NCBI GenBank assembly: GCA_016932355.1
Contig: JAFGDB010000062.1
Location: 1 to 40,241, forward strand
DNA from: Candidatus Iainarchaeum sp.
GTDB taxonomy: Archaea > Iainarchaeota > Iainarchaeia > Iainarchaeales > GCA-2688035
Direction: 5' to 3'
DNA: 40,241 nucleotides
Made by a program: the position numbers and the translations under genes. The notes beneath the pieces are model-generated. The model searched no databases. It was not told the origin of the DNA and was given only the letters and a program-made list of their open reading frames with translations. This document shows positions 26,651 to 33,861 of this stretch, one piece after another. Positions within the stretch are counted from its first letter, which is position 1. Each line of letters begins with the position of its first letter.

Positions 26651-26903
26651 CCGGTTTATATTTTACATAGAAAAAGATTATAGCAGCAGCTATTCTAAGA
26701 ATTATGTCAACTGCGTCTGGAAAAGGTAAAGCAACCCTCACCATCAGCATAATAAGAGAGGTAAAAGTGCCAGTGAAGGCTTCTGTAGTCATTCCTGACG
26801 CCATGAACCCGAGAACGGGCAACATCATTTCTATAAAGATTCGCCCAACTACAAATGAAGAACCAAGTGCATAGGCAGCCACTATATCCTCTTTCCAACC
26901 CAT
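26643..26903 (-). CDS. small membrane protein
   Basis: 86 aa with 2-3 hydrophobic segments and an ATG start. A TATA-like aataatttaaaata lies upstream on the minus strand. Confidence 0.45.
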   Translation of the reverse strand: MGWKEDIVAAYALGSSFVVGRIFIEMMLPVLGFMASGMTTEAFTGTFTSLIMLMVRVALPFPDAVDIILRIAAAIIFFYVKYKPGD

Positions 26904-27340
26904 ATCCTAATCGGCTGCATTTCTTATTTTAAATTATTATTTTTGAGTTTTGCAGCGCCATATTTTTTCAAAAGCCCCCCAGCAATTCCCTGGAAAGACT
27001 CATTGCTGAAAACCTTATCCACAAGTCAAATCTGCCCCCTGTAATTGAACTAAATGTAGCAGTCCATTGCATCCTTCTTCTCGTGCCTTGCCTGTGTAGC
27101 CGCAAATCACTTTTTCTGGCTTAATCTGACTCAAATTACAAAAAGAAGCCCAGTTGACCTAAATATTTAGGTAGCGGAGGTAGCGGAATACCTCAGTTGG
27201 GCAAAAGGAGCGAGAATTGAGTACTAGTTGCTCCTACAAAGTATTGATTTTTGTAATGCAGTTTAGGAATACTATTAGTGCGTTGTGTACGTGAACATTA
27301 GCGTTTTGATTTAAATTTTTTGTTTTCTATTTGCCTGTTT

Positions 27341-28027
27341 TTATTTGAATAAGAATGAGAACAATGTTCCAAGTTTATTATTTATCATCATTTCAATTTC
27401 TTTTGCTACTTGGATGTAATTACTGTTTTTTAATCCAAAATAATCTGTAGTGACGAATTTTGTTTCTTCCTTTTTGTTGGTCAAAGCGGTTCGAATCCAG
27501 TGTTCATTGTCCGGGTGATGAATTACTTTGCCGTATTTTTGGTTTATTTGCTTGCAGCCTTCTTCAATTACTTCAATGCATTGGTTCACTTGCGAATCTG
27601 GAAGTTGATCTTTCATAAAATAAGTTCTAGCAATGAGCGCAAAATCTCCTTTTATTTCAGAGAGTTTCTTGTTTATATTTGTAGCGAATGATTCTCGTTT
27701 TTTCAAATCGGTGTCAATATCCTGGACACTTAAATCTAATAGTTTGAGCCCTTTCTTAAGTTGGTTTTTATCTATGAAGTTTGTTTCAGGCAGTAAGCTT
27801 ATGGCTTTGTCTAAGCTCTTTTTTGAATTTAAATAAAGAAGCATTGCTTCGATAGTGGTATGAAAAGTGTCAACAAGATCATAGAACTCGTGTTTAACTG
27901 AGGACACTAAAACGCTTTTTGCCTGTTTGAAGTCATTTTCAATTAGGAGGGTGCTCTTAATTCTTTCAGTTTCTTCTTTCCCCAGATAAGCGCTGATGAA
28001 TATGTTAGTATCGGGAGAGAGAATCAA
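27341..28027 (-). CDS. PIN-domain nuclease with a large helical insertion
   Basis: Four PIN acidic positions are recognisable: D6 (SPDTNIFI), E47 (VKHEF), D173 (HHPDNEHWIRTA) and D195 (FVTTDYFG). About 120 residues separate E47 from D173. The TTG start is preceded by AGGTG. Confidence 0.55.
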   Translation of the reverse strand: MILSPDTNIFISAYLGKEETERIKSTLLIENDFKQAKSVLVSSVKHEFYDLVDTFHTTIEAMLLYLNSKKSLDKAISLLPETNFIDKNQLKKGLKLLDLSVQDIDTDLKKRESFATNINKKLSEIKGDFALIARTYFMKDQLPDSQVNQCIEVIEEGCKQINQKYGKVIHHPDNEHWIRTALTNKKEETKFVTTDYFGLKNSNYIQVAKEIEMMINNKLGTLFSFLFK

Positions 28028-28038
28028 GTGAACACCTG

Positions 28039-28773
28039 CTATACTTTTATCGCATTGGCAATGTATTCGTTGTACCTGTCAAATTTGTGTTTGGGTTCTA
28101 GTATGCCGGCTTTGGCAAATTCTTCGTAGGCCTGTGTAATTTCTTTTTTTATTTTGTCTTTATCGAATAGTTTAACTAGTCTTATCACAAGAATGTTCGT
28201 TGCCGCAATTGTTCTAGCGAATTTCCTGAAATTGTGGGTTCTTTTCCCGAATGCGAAATATTTCAGACCTGGAATGGGGGCAAGTATTTTCCAATGGTTT
28301 TTCTGCGCTTTTATTACTTCTTTTCTGAACTCGCCTAAAAGCGTTTTTTGTATTCTTATGACTGTGGGGAAGTAAGATTTTTTTAACAAGTCTTTTTCAT
28401 CTGCGATAGCTTTCTCCATCGCTTGTTCGTCAGATATTATCTTCAAAGAGGTGTTAATAAACTCTGAAATTTTGACCAACAGTTGGTCTTGCTTATTAAC
28501 CATAAGCTGAACCACTTTCAAGAGTTCTTTCATATGTAGCTTATTCACTTTCGTTGTGGCCGCCAAATAATCTTCTATTGTAATGTACTCTTTGCCTGTA
28601 AGGTTTTCTAACTCCTTGACGACAAGCTCAGCATCATTAATACAGAATTGAAAAAAATCTTCTAATGTGGGCTTGACTTCCTCTGTTTTTTGAATGCTTA
28701 TGTATTTATCATAAGCCTCATCAATTAGAGGGTTATGGAAATTTAGATACCCCTGTTTAACATTAACGAACAT
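28039..28773 (-). CDS. hypothetical all-alpha protein, upstream partner of the PIN gene
   Basis: 244-aa ORF that ends 11 nt before the PIN gene start. A TATA-like atatttatatatat and a G-rich SD lie upstream on the minus strand. Confidence 0.5.
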   Translation of the reverse strand: MFVNVKQGYLNFHNPLIDEAYDKYISIQKTEEVKPTLEDFFQFCINDAELVVKELENLTGKEYITIEDYLAATTKVNKLHMKELLKVVQLMVNKQDQLLVKISEFINTSLKIISDEQAMEKAIADEKDLLKKSYFPTVIRIQKTLLGEFRKEVIKAQKNHWKILAPIPGLKYFAFGKRTHNFRKFARTIAATNILVIRLVKLFDKDKIKKEITQAYEEFAKAGILEPKHKFDRYNEYIANAIKV

Positions 28774-28880
28774 GCTGCCCCCTTTGGTACTTTATTTATC
28801 CTATAGGCTGTAATGAAAGGGAAACGATATATATAAATATTTGGACGCCCCCCCAAATTATGTATACTGCAAGCTGTTTT

Positions 28881-29006
28881 CTATCGTCGAGACTCCAGCA
28901 AATCCCTTATCTCTACAAGCAAATTGTTCTGCTCCCTGAGCAGCCTGTTGTTTTCCGCTAGCAGGTTTTTGGTTTTGTTTTGCTGGATGAATGTTGCTAT
29001 GCCCAT
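28881..29006 (-). CDS. 41-aa leucine-zipper-like micro-protein (MGIATFIQQNKTKNLLAENNRLLREQNNLLVEIRDLLESRR)
   Basis: It is below the ORF-track cutoff. Its ATG lies 1 nt after the integrase TGA, and GGAGGTG within the last integrase codons sits 7 nt upstream. Confidence 0.35.
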   Translation of the reverse strand: MGIATFIQQNKTKNLLAENNRLLREQNNLLVEIRDLLESRR

Positions 29007-29007
29007 T

Positions 29008-30204
29008 TCACACACCTCCCGGAAGACCTTGCTGCAGGATTGTTAAAGCCTGCCTTATTTTCTGCGGGTTGTTGCCAGCCAGCTCCAGCAATTTCATCAG
29101 GCTTATGACGCTTTCCTGGCTGTTTTCCTCTGTTTCACGCATCTCCCTTGAAGCTTGCGGTGATAATGGAAGCCAGCATTTTTCGCAATAATCATTGTTG
29201 ACATCGTTCAATTGCTTGCATCTTGGGCATGGCTCTCTCTTCAGCAAATCCTTTTGCTCTTCCCCCTTCTTCAAGCCGCACATTCTTAGCACAGCATCAT
29301 CTACTTGTTTTCCTGAGAGGTGAACATAGCGTGCTGCCATTTTGCTGTCCTGGCCCCAGCCAAAGTATTCTTTCATTTGGGCGTCTGTAAGGAACTGGGC
29401 CATGTATGTTGCCCTGCTGTGCCTGAAGTGGTGTGGGTTGATTGGCTTTTGCAAGCTGGCTCTTTTTTTGGCTGTGCGCAGGACCTTGGATATTGCAGAG
29501 TAGCCCATTTGTTCGCAGTGGCTTTTTTCCAAGCAAATCCATAGTGGCGCATCAATGTTTTTGCTGTATGGATGCTTGTTAATCCACTCCAGCACGTAGG
29601 GCGCGCTGTGGACGATCCTGACTTTTCTCATGCCGGTTTTTCCGTCTAGGAGAATCCTGCCGCCGAATTCGTCGAAAGAAATGTCTCTGATTCTTGCGCT
29701 GCCGAGCTCGCCGATTCTCGCGCCTGTTTCCCAAAGGGAAGCAATGAGCGCTTTGTCCCTCTGGTTCAAAGCAGATTTAATTAACTGCTTTGCATCTTCC
29801 TGGGTTAGCAGTTGCTCTGGCAGGGTTTGGTTGCCGATTTTTTTGAACTTGAACCAGGCAACACATTCTGGGTATGTTCCGTTGTTGAGCCACTTGTGAA
29901 AAACCTTCAGGATTTTTTTGTAAGTCCAGATAGTGGCTTCCTTGCAACCCTGCTTGTGCAGCCAAATCAAGAACTGTTCATAGTCCTCTTTTGAAGCCTC
30001 TCTGAAGTCTTTTTTCACCTGCCCTGCTGTTCTCCTTAGCACGCACATTTGTCTTATCAATCTCGCAAGGCTGAACCCTTGTGCCAAATTGTGCTCATAG
30101 AAGCTTGTTATCAGTTGCTTGTTTGCTTCAGCTAGGGAAGAATTTTCCAACCGCTTGATTTCCCCTTCAAGGTCTCTCTCGAAAGGGTGAATGTATTTTC
30201 TCAT
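29008..30204 (-). CDS. tyrosine recombinase/integrase with a C-terminal zinc ribbon
   Basis: Catalytic signature residues are present: ETGARIGEL (Arg), HHFRHSRAT (H-x-x-R) and AARYVHL (Tyr). The tail carries CPRCKQ...CEKC. A TATA-like atttaaat and GGTGAGGT lie upstream. Confidence 0.85.
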   Translation of the reverse strand: MRKYIHPFERDLEGEIKRLENSSLAEANKQLITSFYEHNLAQGFSLARLIRQMCVLRRTAGQVKKDFREASKEDYEQFLIWLHKQGCKEATIWTYKKILKVFHKWLNNGTYPECVAWFKFKKIGNQTLPEQLLTQEDAKQLIKSALNQRDKALIASLWETGARIGELGSARIRDISFDEFGGRILLDGKTGMRKVRIVHSAPYVLEWINKHPYSKNIDAPLWICLEKSHCEQMGYSAISKVLRTAKKRASLQKPINPHHFRHSRATYMAQFLTDAQMKEYFGWGQDSKMAARYVHLSGKQVDDAVLRMCGLKKGEEQKDLLKREPCPRCKQLNDVNNDYCEKCWLPLSPQASREMRETEENSQESVISLMKLLELAGNNPQKIRQALTILQQGLPGGV

Positions 30205-30271
30205 TTAACCTCACCTTCCTCAACCGAAACCAATTTAAATGACACAGGTGAGGGCTCTTGAAAAGAAGCTA

Positions 30272-30297
30272 ATAGCCCCGGGAGGGAATTGAACTCT
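30272..30297. repeat. internal att-like repeat (partial tRNA 3-prime end) atagccccgggagggaattgaactct
   Basis: 23 of 26 nt are identical to 31050-31075. It lacks the 5-prime half of a tRNA, so it is not a gene. Confidence 0.6.
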
Positions 30298-30426
30298 GTT
30301 TTTTTGGCTGGGTTAGAAGCTGGCCCACCTGGCAAGCTCTTGCATTGGCAATTAGCGGTTAACAAAAGCGGAAAGCATTAAAAACACTTAGGTAATAAGT
30401 ATATTATAGGCAATAAATTTATGTAG

Positions 30427-30705
30427 GTGGTTTTTTTGGCTACAGAAACTATCCAGGTTTTGCACTACCCAACGCTTAAAACTGTTCTCATGGTTGAAAA
30501 CATACTAAAGGAAGCAAAAGAGCCTCTTTCAAGATATGAAATAATGAAAAGGTCAGACAACAAAGTAATGAGGCAAACACTGAACACTATACTTGCATAC
30601 CTTGAAAAGAGGGGCATGGTACTGGACAGCGAGAAAGGCGTTATCTGGACTTACACGCCGCCATCAAAGATGAAGAAATGGTTGAGAGAGAGCGTCGAAG
30701 TATGA
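30427..30705 (+). CDS. winged-helix DNA-binding protein, putative antitoxin/regulator
   Basis: 92 aa with a GTG start; an alternative ATG lies at 30490. It shows a wHTH-like pattern (LSRYEIMKRSDNKVMRQTLNTILAYLEKRGMV). Its stop overlaps the next ATG (ATGA at 30702-30705). Confidence 0.45.
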   Translation: MVFLATETIQVLHYPTLKTVLMVENILKEAKEPLSRYEIMKRSDNKVMRQTLNTILAYLEKRGMVLDSEKGVIWTYTPPSKMKKWLRESVEV

Positions 30706-31049
30706 AAGCAAGAGTCAGGATTATAGGGCAAGCGCTTGAAGAATACAACAAACTCAAGGAAGCCGTCAAGGAAGAGGGAAAAAGAGGCATTAAAAGCAGC
30801 GAAAATGTCACACTGCTTAAGAGCATAGACCAAAAGGTTGAGTGGCTGAAAGAAAACCCTTTGGTTGGCGAGGTTGTGAAAAAGAAAGACATCCCAAAAG
30901 AACTTGACGTAGACAACCTCTTCAAGCTAAGGCTTGCACGCTACTGGAGAATGCTTTACACAATCAGGCGGCAAGAAATAGAAATATTCTGCTTTGTCCT
31001 AACAATAGAGCCGCACTCAGATTACGACAAAAGATTCAAGAAAAAATAA
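30702..31049 (+). CDS. RelE/ParE-superfamily toxin-like protein
   Basis: WLKENPLVGE...LFKLRLARYWRMLYTIRRQEIEIFCFVLTIEPHSDY fits the RelE/ParE core pattern (R-x-R-x-x-x-Y/W-R-x-x-Y ... h-x-h-x-x-H). An alternative start lies at 30678. Confidence 0.5.
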   Translation: MKARVRIIGQALEEYNKLKEAVKEEGKRGIKSSENVTLLKSIDQKVEWLKENPLVGEVVKKKDIPKELDVDNLFKLRLARYWRMLYTIRRQEIEIFCFVLTIEPHSDYDKRFKKK

Positions 31050-31051
31050 AT

Positions 31052-31123
31052 AGCCCCGGGAGAGATTCGAACTCTCGACCTGCGGTTTACGAAACCGCTG
31101 CTCTACCGCTGAGCCACCGGGGC
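31052..31123 (-). tRNA. tRNA-Thr (anticodon CGU)
   Basis: The reverse complement folds as a cloverleaf. Stems: acceptor GCCCCGG/CCGGGGC, D stem GCTC/GAGC, anticodon stem GCGGT/ACCGC with loop TTCGTAA, T stem GAGAG/CTCTC with loop TTCGAAT. No CCA is encoded. Confidence 0.85.
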
Positions 31124-31215
31124 ATTTGGCAAATTAATTAAGCATGCGGTTTAATTTAAAGCCTTTTCAAGGCAGCAAAAAAGTTAAATACTGCTTAATG
31201 CATCATTATTCTGCC

Positions 31216-31386
31216 ATGCTTGCAGCAATCAAGGCAATCCTTTCAGAGGAAAGGGCCCAGAGCGAATGGAGCAGTGTATACATGCTGATTATCCTTATAA
31301 TTGCTGCACTCCTCCTTATTGCGGTAATAAAACCCATGTTCAGGCAGAGCCAGCAGATAGTGCAAAAAACAGACGCAAAGCTCTAA
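31216..31386 (+). CDS. small pilin-like protein with a putative class III signal peptide
   Basis: An internal ATG of ORF 31144..31386 gives MLAAIKAILSEERAQSEWSSVYMLIILIIAALLLIAV, that is R-A-Q followed by a hydrophobic helix. A TATA-like aagttaaata sits about 25 nt upstream. Confidence 0.4.
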   Translation: MLAAIKAILSEERAQSEWSSVYMLIILIIAALLLIAVIKPMFRQSQQIVQKTDAKL

Positions 31387-31427
31387 CAGCAAAATCATTA
31401 AATACTACCTTTTGCCTCTTTAATCTG

Positions 31428-31976
31428 ATGCAAATGGTTAACAGGAAGGGACAGGAGGCCGCGCCCTTTGAACTGCTCATAGCGGTAATTGTAATGGGCT
31501 TTGTAATAGTCATAGGAACATATGCAATAAACAACATGCACTGGGAGCAGTGCAAGAGGGACACGGAAAAGGGCCTCAACAACCTGAAGAACTCGCTTGA
31601 AAGCATCACAACAGCTGGAAGCGTTGCCAACATAAACTTCAGGCTAAGCGGCTGCTTTGACCCAAACGATGAAATAATCTGGATAGAGGACGAAACCGGG
31701 GTTGAAAGGTGCGTTGCGCTTGGGGCAGGCTCAAAGCCACTGTGCCCAATACTCAAGTATGCAAACAAGGACTTCAGCCTAAGGGTGCCATTGAACATAC
31801 CTGCAAGCACTGTTTTCCCCTCAGAGCCAGGCCTGAAATGCCCTGAAAGGCCAGGAACATACCTCGTTGACTTTGAGGACAAGGAAATGGAAAAGCAGGG
31901 CGACTACCTGCTCATAAATGGCAGCAGCGGGAACGAGGCAATTACAACAATCTGCGCCTACAGAAGGGAGAGCTGA
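31428..31976 (+). CDS. archaeal type IV pilin-like protein
   Basis: The ATG at 31428 gives MQMVNRKGQEAAPFELLIAVIVMGFVIVIG (K-G-Q plus a hydrophobic helix). The track N-terminal extension from 31266 overlaps the previous gene and looks spurious. Confidence 0.6.
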   Translation: MQMVNRKGQEAAPFELLIAVIVMGFVIVIGTYAINNMHWEQCKRDTEKGLNNLKNSLESITTAGSVANINFRLSGCFDPNDEIIWIEDETGVERCVALGAGSKPLCPILKYANKDFSLRVPLNIPASTVFPSEPGLKCPERPGTYLVDFEDKEMEKQGDYLLINGSSGNEAITTICAYRRES

Positions 31977-31982
31977 TTAAAA

Positions 31983-32678
31983 ATGATGGGGTTTACCCTG
32001 AGCAAGATGAACCTGCTAATCCTCGTAACAGCAATCTTTGCAATAATCGCATTCTTCATGATGCACCTTCTTGGGATAATGGTAGGCTGGACCGCACAAA
32101 GAATGGTCAACGAATACATTGGGACAATTGACGGCCTTGCAAGAAGCACAACACCCTACTTTAAGGAAACAATCACAGTTCCTGACAGCATAAGCTACTT
32201 TGGCGGAATAGGGGAGAGCAACAGGTTTTTTTACGTGATTGAAATTGCAAGGGAACCGGAAGAATACAACCCAAAATACCTCACAAAGGTAATACTGAAA
32301 ATAGCCAGCAGAAAGGAGCAGGACAAGTTCATTGCAACAAAGAGCAGCGACATAAACGCACAGGTCTACCTCTACCAGTGGCCTGTTTCAGAAGGGAGCA
32401 TTACAACAAACATTGCAGAACAGAGCAGCATAACAATTGACCCCTATAGGGGCCTTGGCACCTTCAGCAACTCCATGGTGCTGGTCAAGGAATCATACAA
32501 GGGAAAGAACTACATGCATATAGTGGTTTGCTCTTCTGCATCAGGGCAGTGCGACCAAAACCTAAAGTATGCAGCATGCTGCATTGAAAAATGCCGCGGC
32601 ACTAAATCAAACTACCTTCCTGAGCCGGAAGCCTGCCCGCCGAGCCTGAGCTGCTATGGAAACATGGACTGTGGTTGA
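31983..32678 (+). CDS. pilin-like protein
   Basis: The N-terminus MMGFTLSKMNLLILVTAIFAIIAFF has G-F-T-L followed by a hydrophobic helix. The C-terminal region is Cys-rich. Confidence 0.5.
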   Translation: MMGFTLSKMNLLILVTAIFAIIAFFMMHLLGIMVGWTAQRMVNEYIGTIDGLARSTTPYFKETITVPDSISYFGGIGESNRFFYVIEIAREPEEYNPKYLTKVILKIASRKEQDKFIATKSSDINAQVYLYQWPVSEGSITTNIAEQSSITIDPYRGLGTFSNSMVLVKESYKGKNYMHIVVCSSASGQCDQNLKYAACCIEKCRGTKSNYLPEPEACPPSLSCYGNMDCG

Positions 32679-33190
32679 AAATGCGGAAAAATAAGGGCAA
32701 GGGGTTTTTAGGGCCTATCGGGGATGACCTGCCAAGCCTCATCCCACTGATTTTTGCCCTGACAATATTCTTCTATGCATTCACGTCCACGTGGAACGTG
32801 TTTGACCAGCGCGACACTTCATTTGACTCTGACATCGCTGTTTTGAGAATAAGCTATGCGCTCAAAGGAGACAACTACATTGCAAGCGACACCGAATTCC
32901 ACAGCATGTGCGAGACAGCAAAGGGCGTAAGTGGCATGTGGTTCTTCTCAGGGCTTCTTGAGCTTTCAACAGGCCCTGAAAGCAGGTTTAAAGGAATCAA
33001 TATTGACAGGCTTTTAAGCGAGGGGCAAGGCTTCTTCCCTGGCTTTCTGTGCAGCAACACAGAGCAAAAGCCTGACCTGGAGGAAAACCAGACGCTTGTA
33101 AGGTTCTTCCCAATAGCGCTTGAATTTGAAGACCAATCAGGCATGTTTTACGTAAAGCCAATGCTGCTGGTGGTGGTTGCATGGCAATAG
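32675..33190 (+). CDS. pilin-like protein
   Basis: The N-terminus reads MKMRKNKGKGFLGPIGDDLPSLIPLIFALTIFFYAF. It overlaps both neighbours by 4 and 10 nt, consistent with an operon. Confidence 0.45.
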   Translation: MKMRKNKGKGFLGPIGDDLPSLIPLIFALTIFFYAFTSTWNVFDQRDTSFDSDIAVLRISYALKGDNYIASDTEFHSMCETAKGVSGMWFFSGLLELSTGPESRFKGINIDRLLSEGQGFFPGFLCSNTEQKPDLEENQTLVRFFPIALEFEDQSGMFYVKPMLLVVVAWQ

Positions 33191-33846
33191 CCTTGAGCCA
33201 AAGGGGGCAGGCTGCGCTCACAGACGCGCTCTATTTCCTCCTGATTGCAGGCGCATTAAGCACCTGGCTGCTGTACAGCAGCGCAACATATGGCCAGGTT
33301 GTAAAGACCCAGCTGAACAAGCAGTACTGGCAGGAGTACACAAGGTCAGCGCTTGAAACAATAGTTTACAGCAGCACTCCAAGAGACCCTGAAATTCCAT
33401 TAAGCGAGGCAACTGAAGTGGATTACCTGCTTGCTGCCCTCAAGGAGGACTATGCCGATGACCTGGTGCTTGACGAAACAAAGGCTGTTTTGTTCAACCA
33501 GGTTAAAACAGTGATGGAGCCGTTAAGGCCGAATTTTGACTATGCATTCTACATCTATGTGCTTGACAGGGAGGAGTATGCTGCAGCAATGCTGCACATA
33601 AGCGAAACATCAGGAACAGGCCTTACAGGAAAAAGCCTTGTGCTTTCATGCACGCCTCCAAACAAGGTTGTGCTTGCAGACTTCCTCTCAAGAGTTGGGC
33701 ATGTTGCGCCAAGCAGCAGCGTTATCAGGCTAAGCCAGAGGCAGGGCTCTGACCAGCTAAGGCTCCCTGCGCAGGCAACCCTTGTCATTTGGACGCCGAC
33801 AGCAACAAGCCATGCTGACCTGAACTGCCAGGAATTCACAGCCTAA
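33181..33846 (+). CDS. pilin-like protein
   Basis: The N-terminus MAIALSQRGQAALTDALYFLLIAGALSTWLL has R-G-Q plus a hydrophobic helix. Confidence 0.5.
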   Translation: MAIALSQRGQAALTDALYFLLIAGALSTWLLYSSATYGQVVKTQLNKQYWQEYTRSALETIVYSSTPRDPEIPLSEATEVDYLLAALKEDYADDLVLDETKAVLFNQVKTVMEPLRPNFDYAFYIYVLDREEYAAAMLHISETSGTGLTGKSLVLSCTPPNKVVLADFLSRVGHVAPSSSVIRLSQRQGSDQLRLPAQATLVIWTPTATSHADLNCQEFTA

Positions 33847-33861
33847 GAATTTGGATTGCAG

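Larger units (their letters stand above)
22610..31075. mobile_element. composite integrated element at tRNA-Thr, likely two tandem units (22610-30297 and 30272-31075)
   Basis: There are three same-orientation copies of the tRNA-Thr 3-prime end (22610-22625, 30272-30297, 31050-31075). A tyrosine integrase lies next to the middle copy, and the cargo is AT-rich. Confidence 0.65.

Noticed and set aside
29297-29994. Several 60-89-aa ORFs on both strands inside the integrase gene
   Set aside because: They are nested within or antisense to a full-length tyrosine recombinase frame that has all its catalytic motifs.
22610-30297. Island interpreted as a provirus
   Set aside because: I could not recognise any capsid, portal, terminase or packaging ATPase motifs. 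Only an integrase and accessory cargo are visible, so a virus assignment is unsupported.
31266-31427. N-terminal 54-aa extension of the second pilin-like gene
   Set aside because: The extension overlaps the preceding small gene in another frame. The internal ATG at 31428 yields a canonical short prepilin leader, so the extension is probably not translated.
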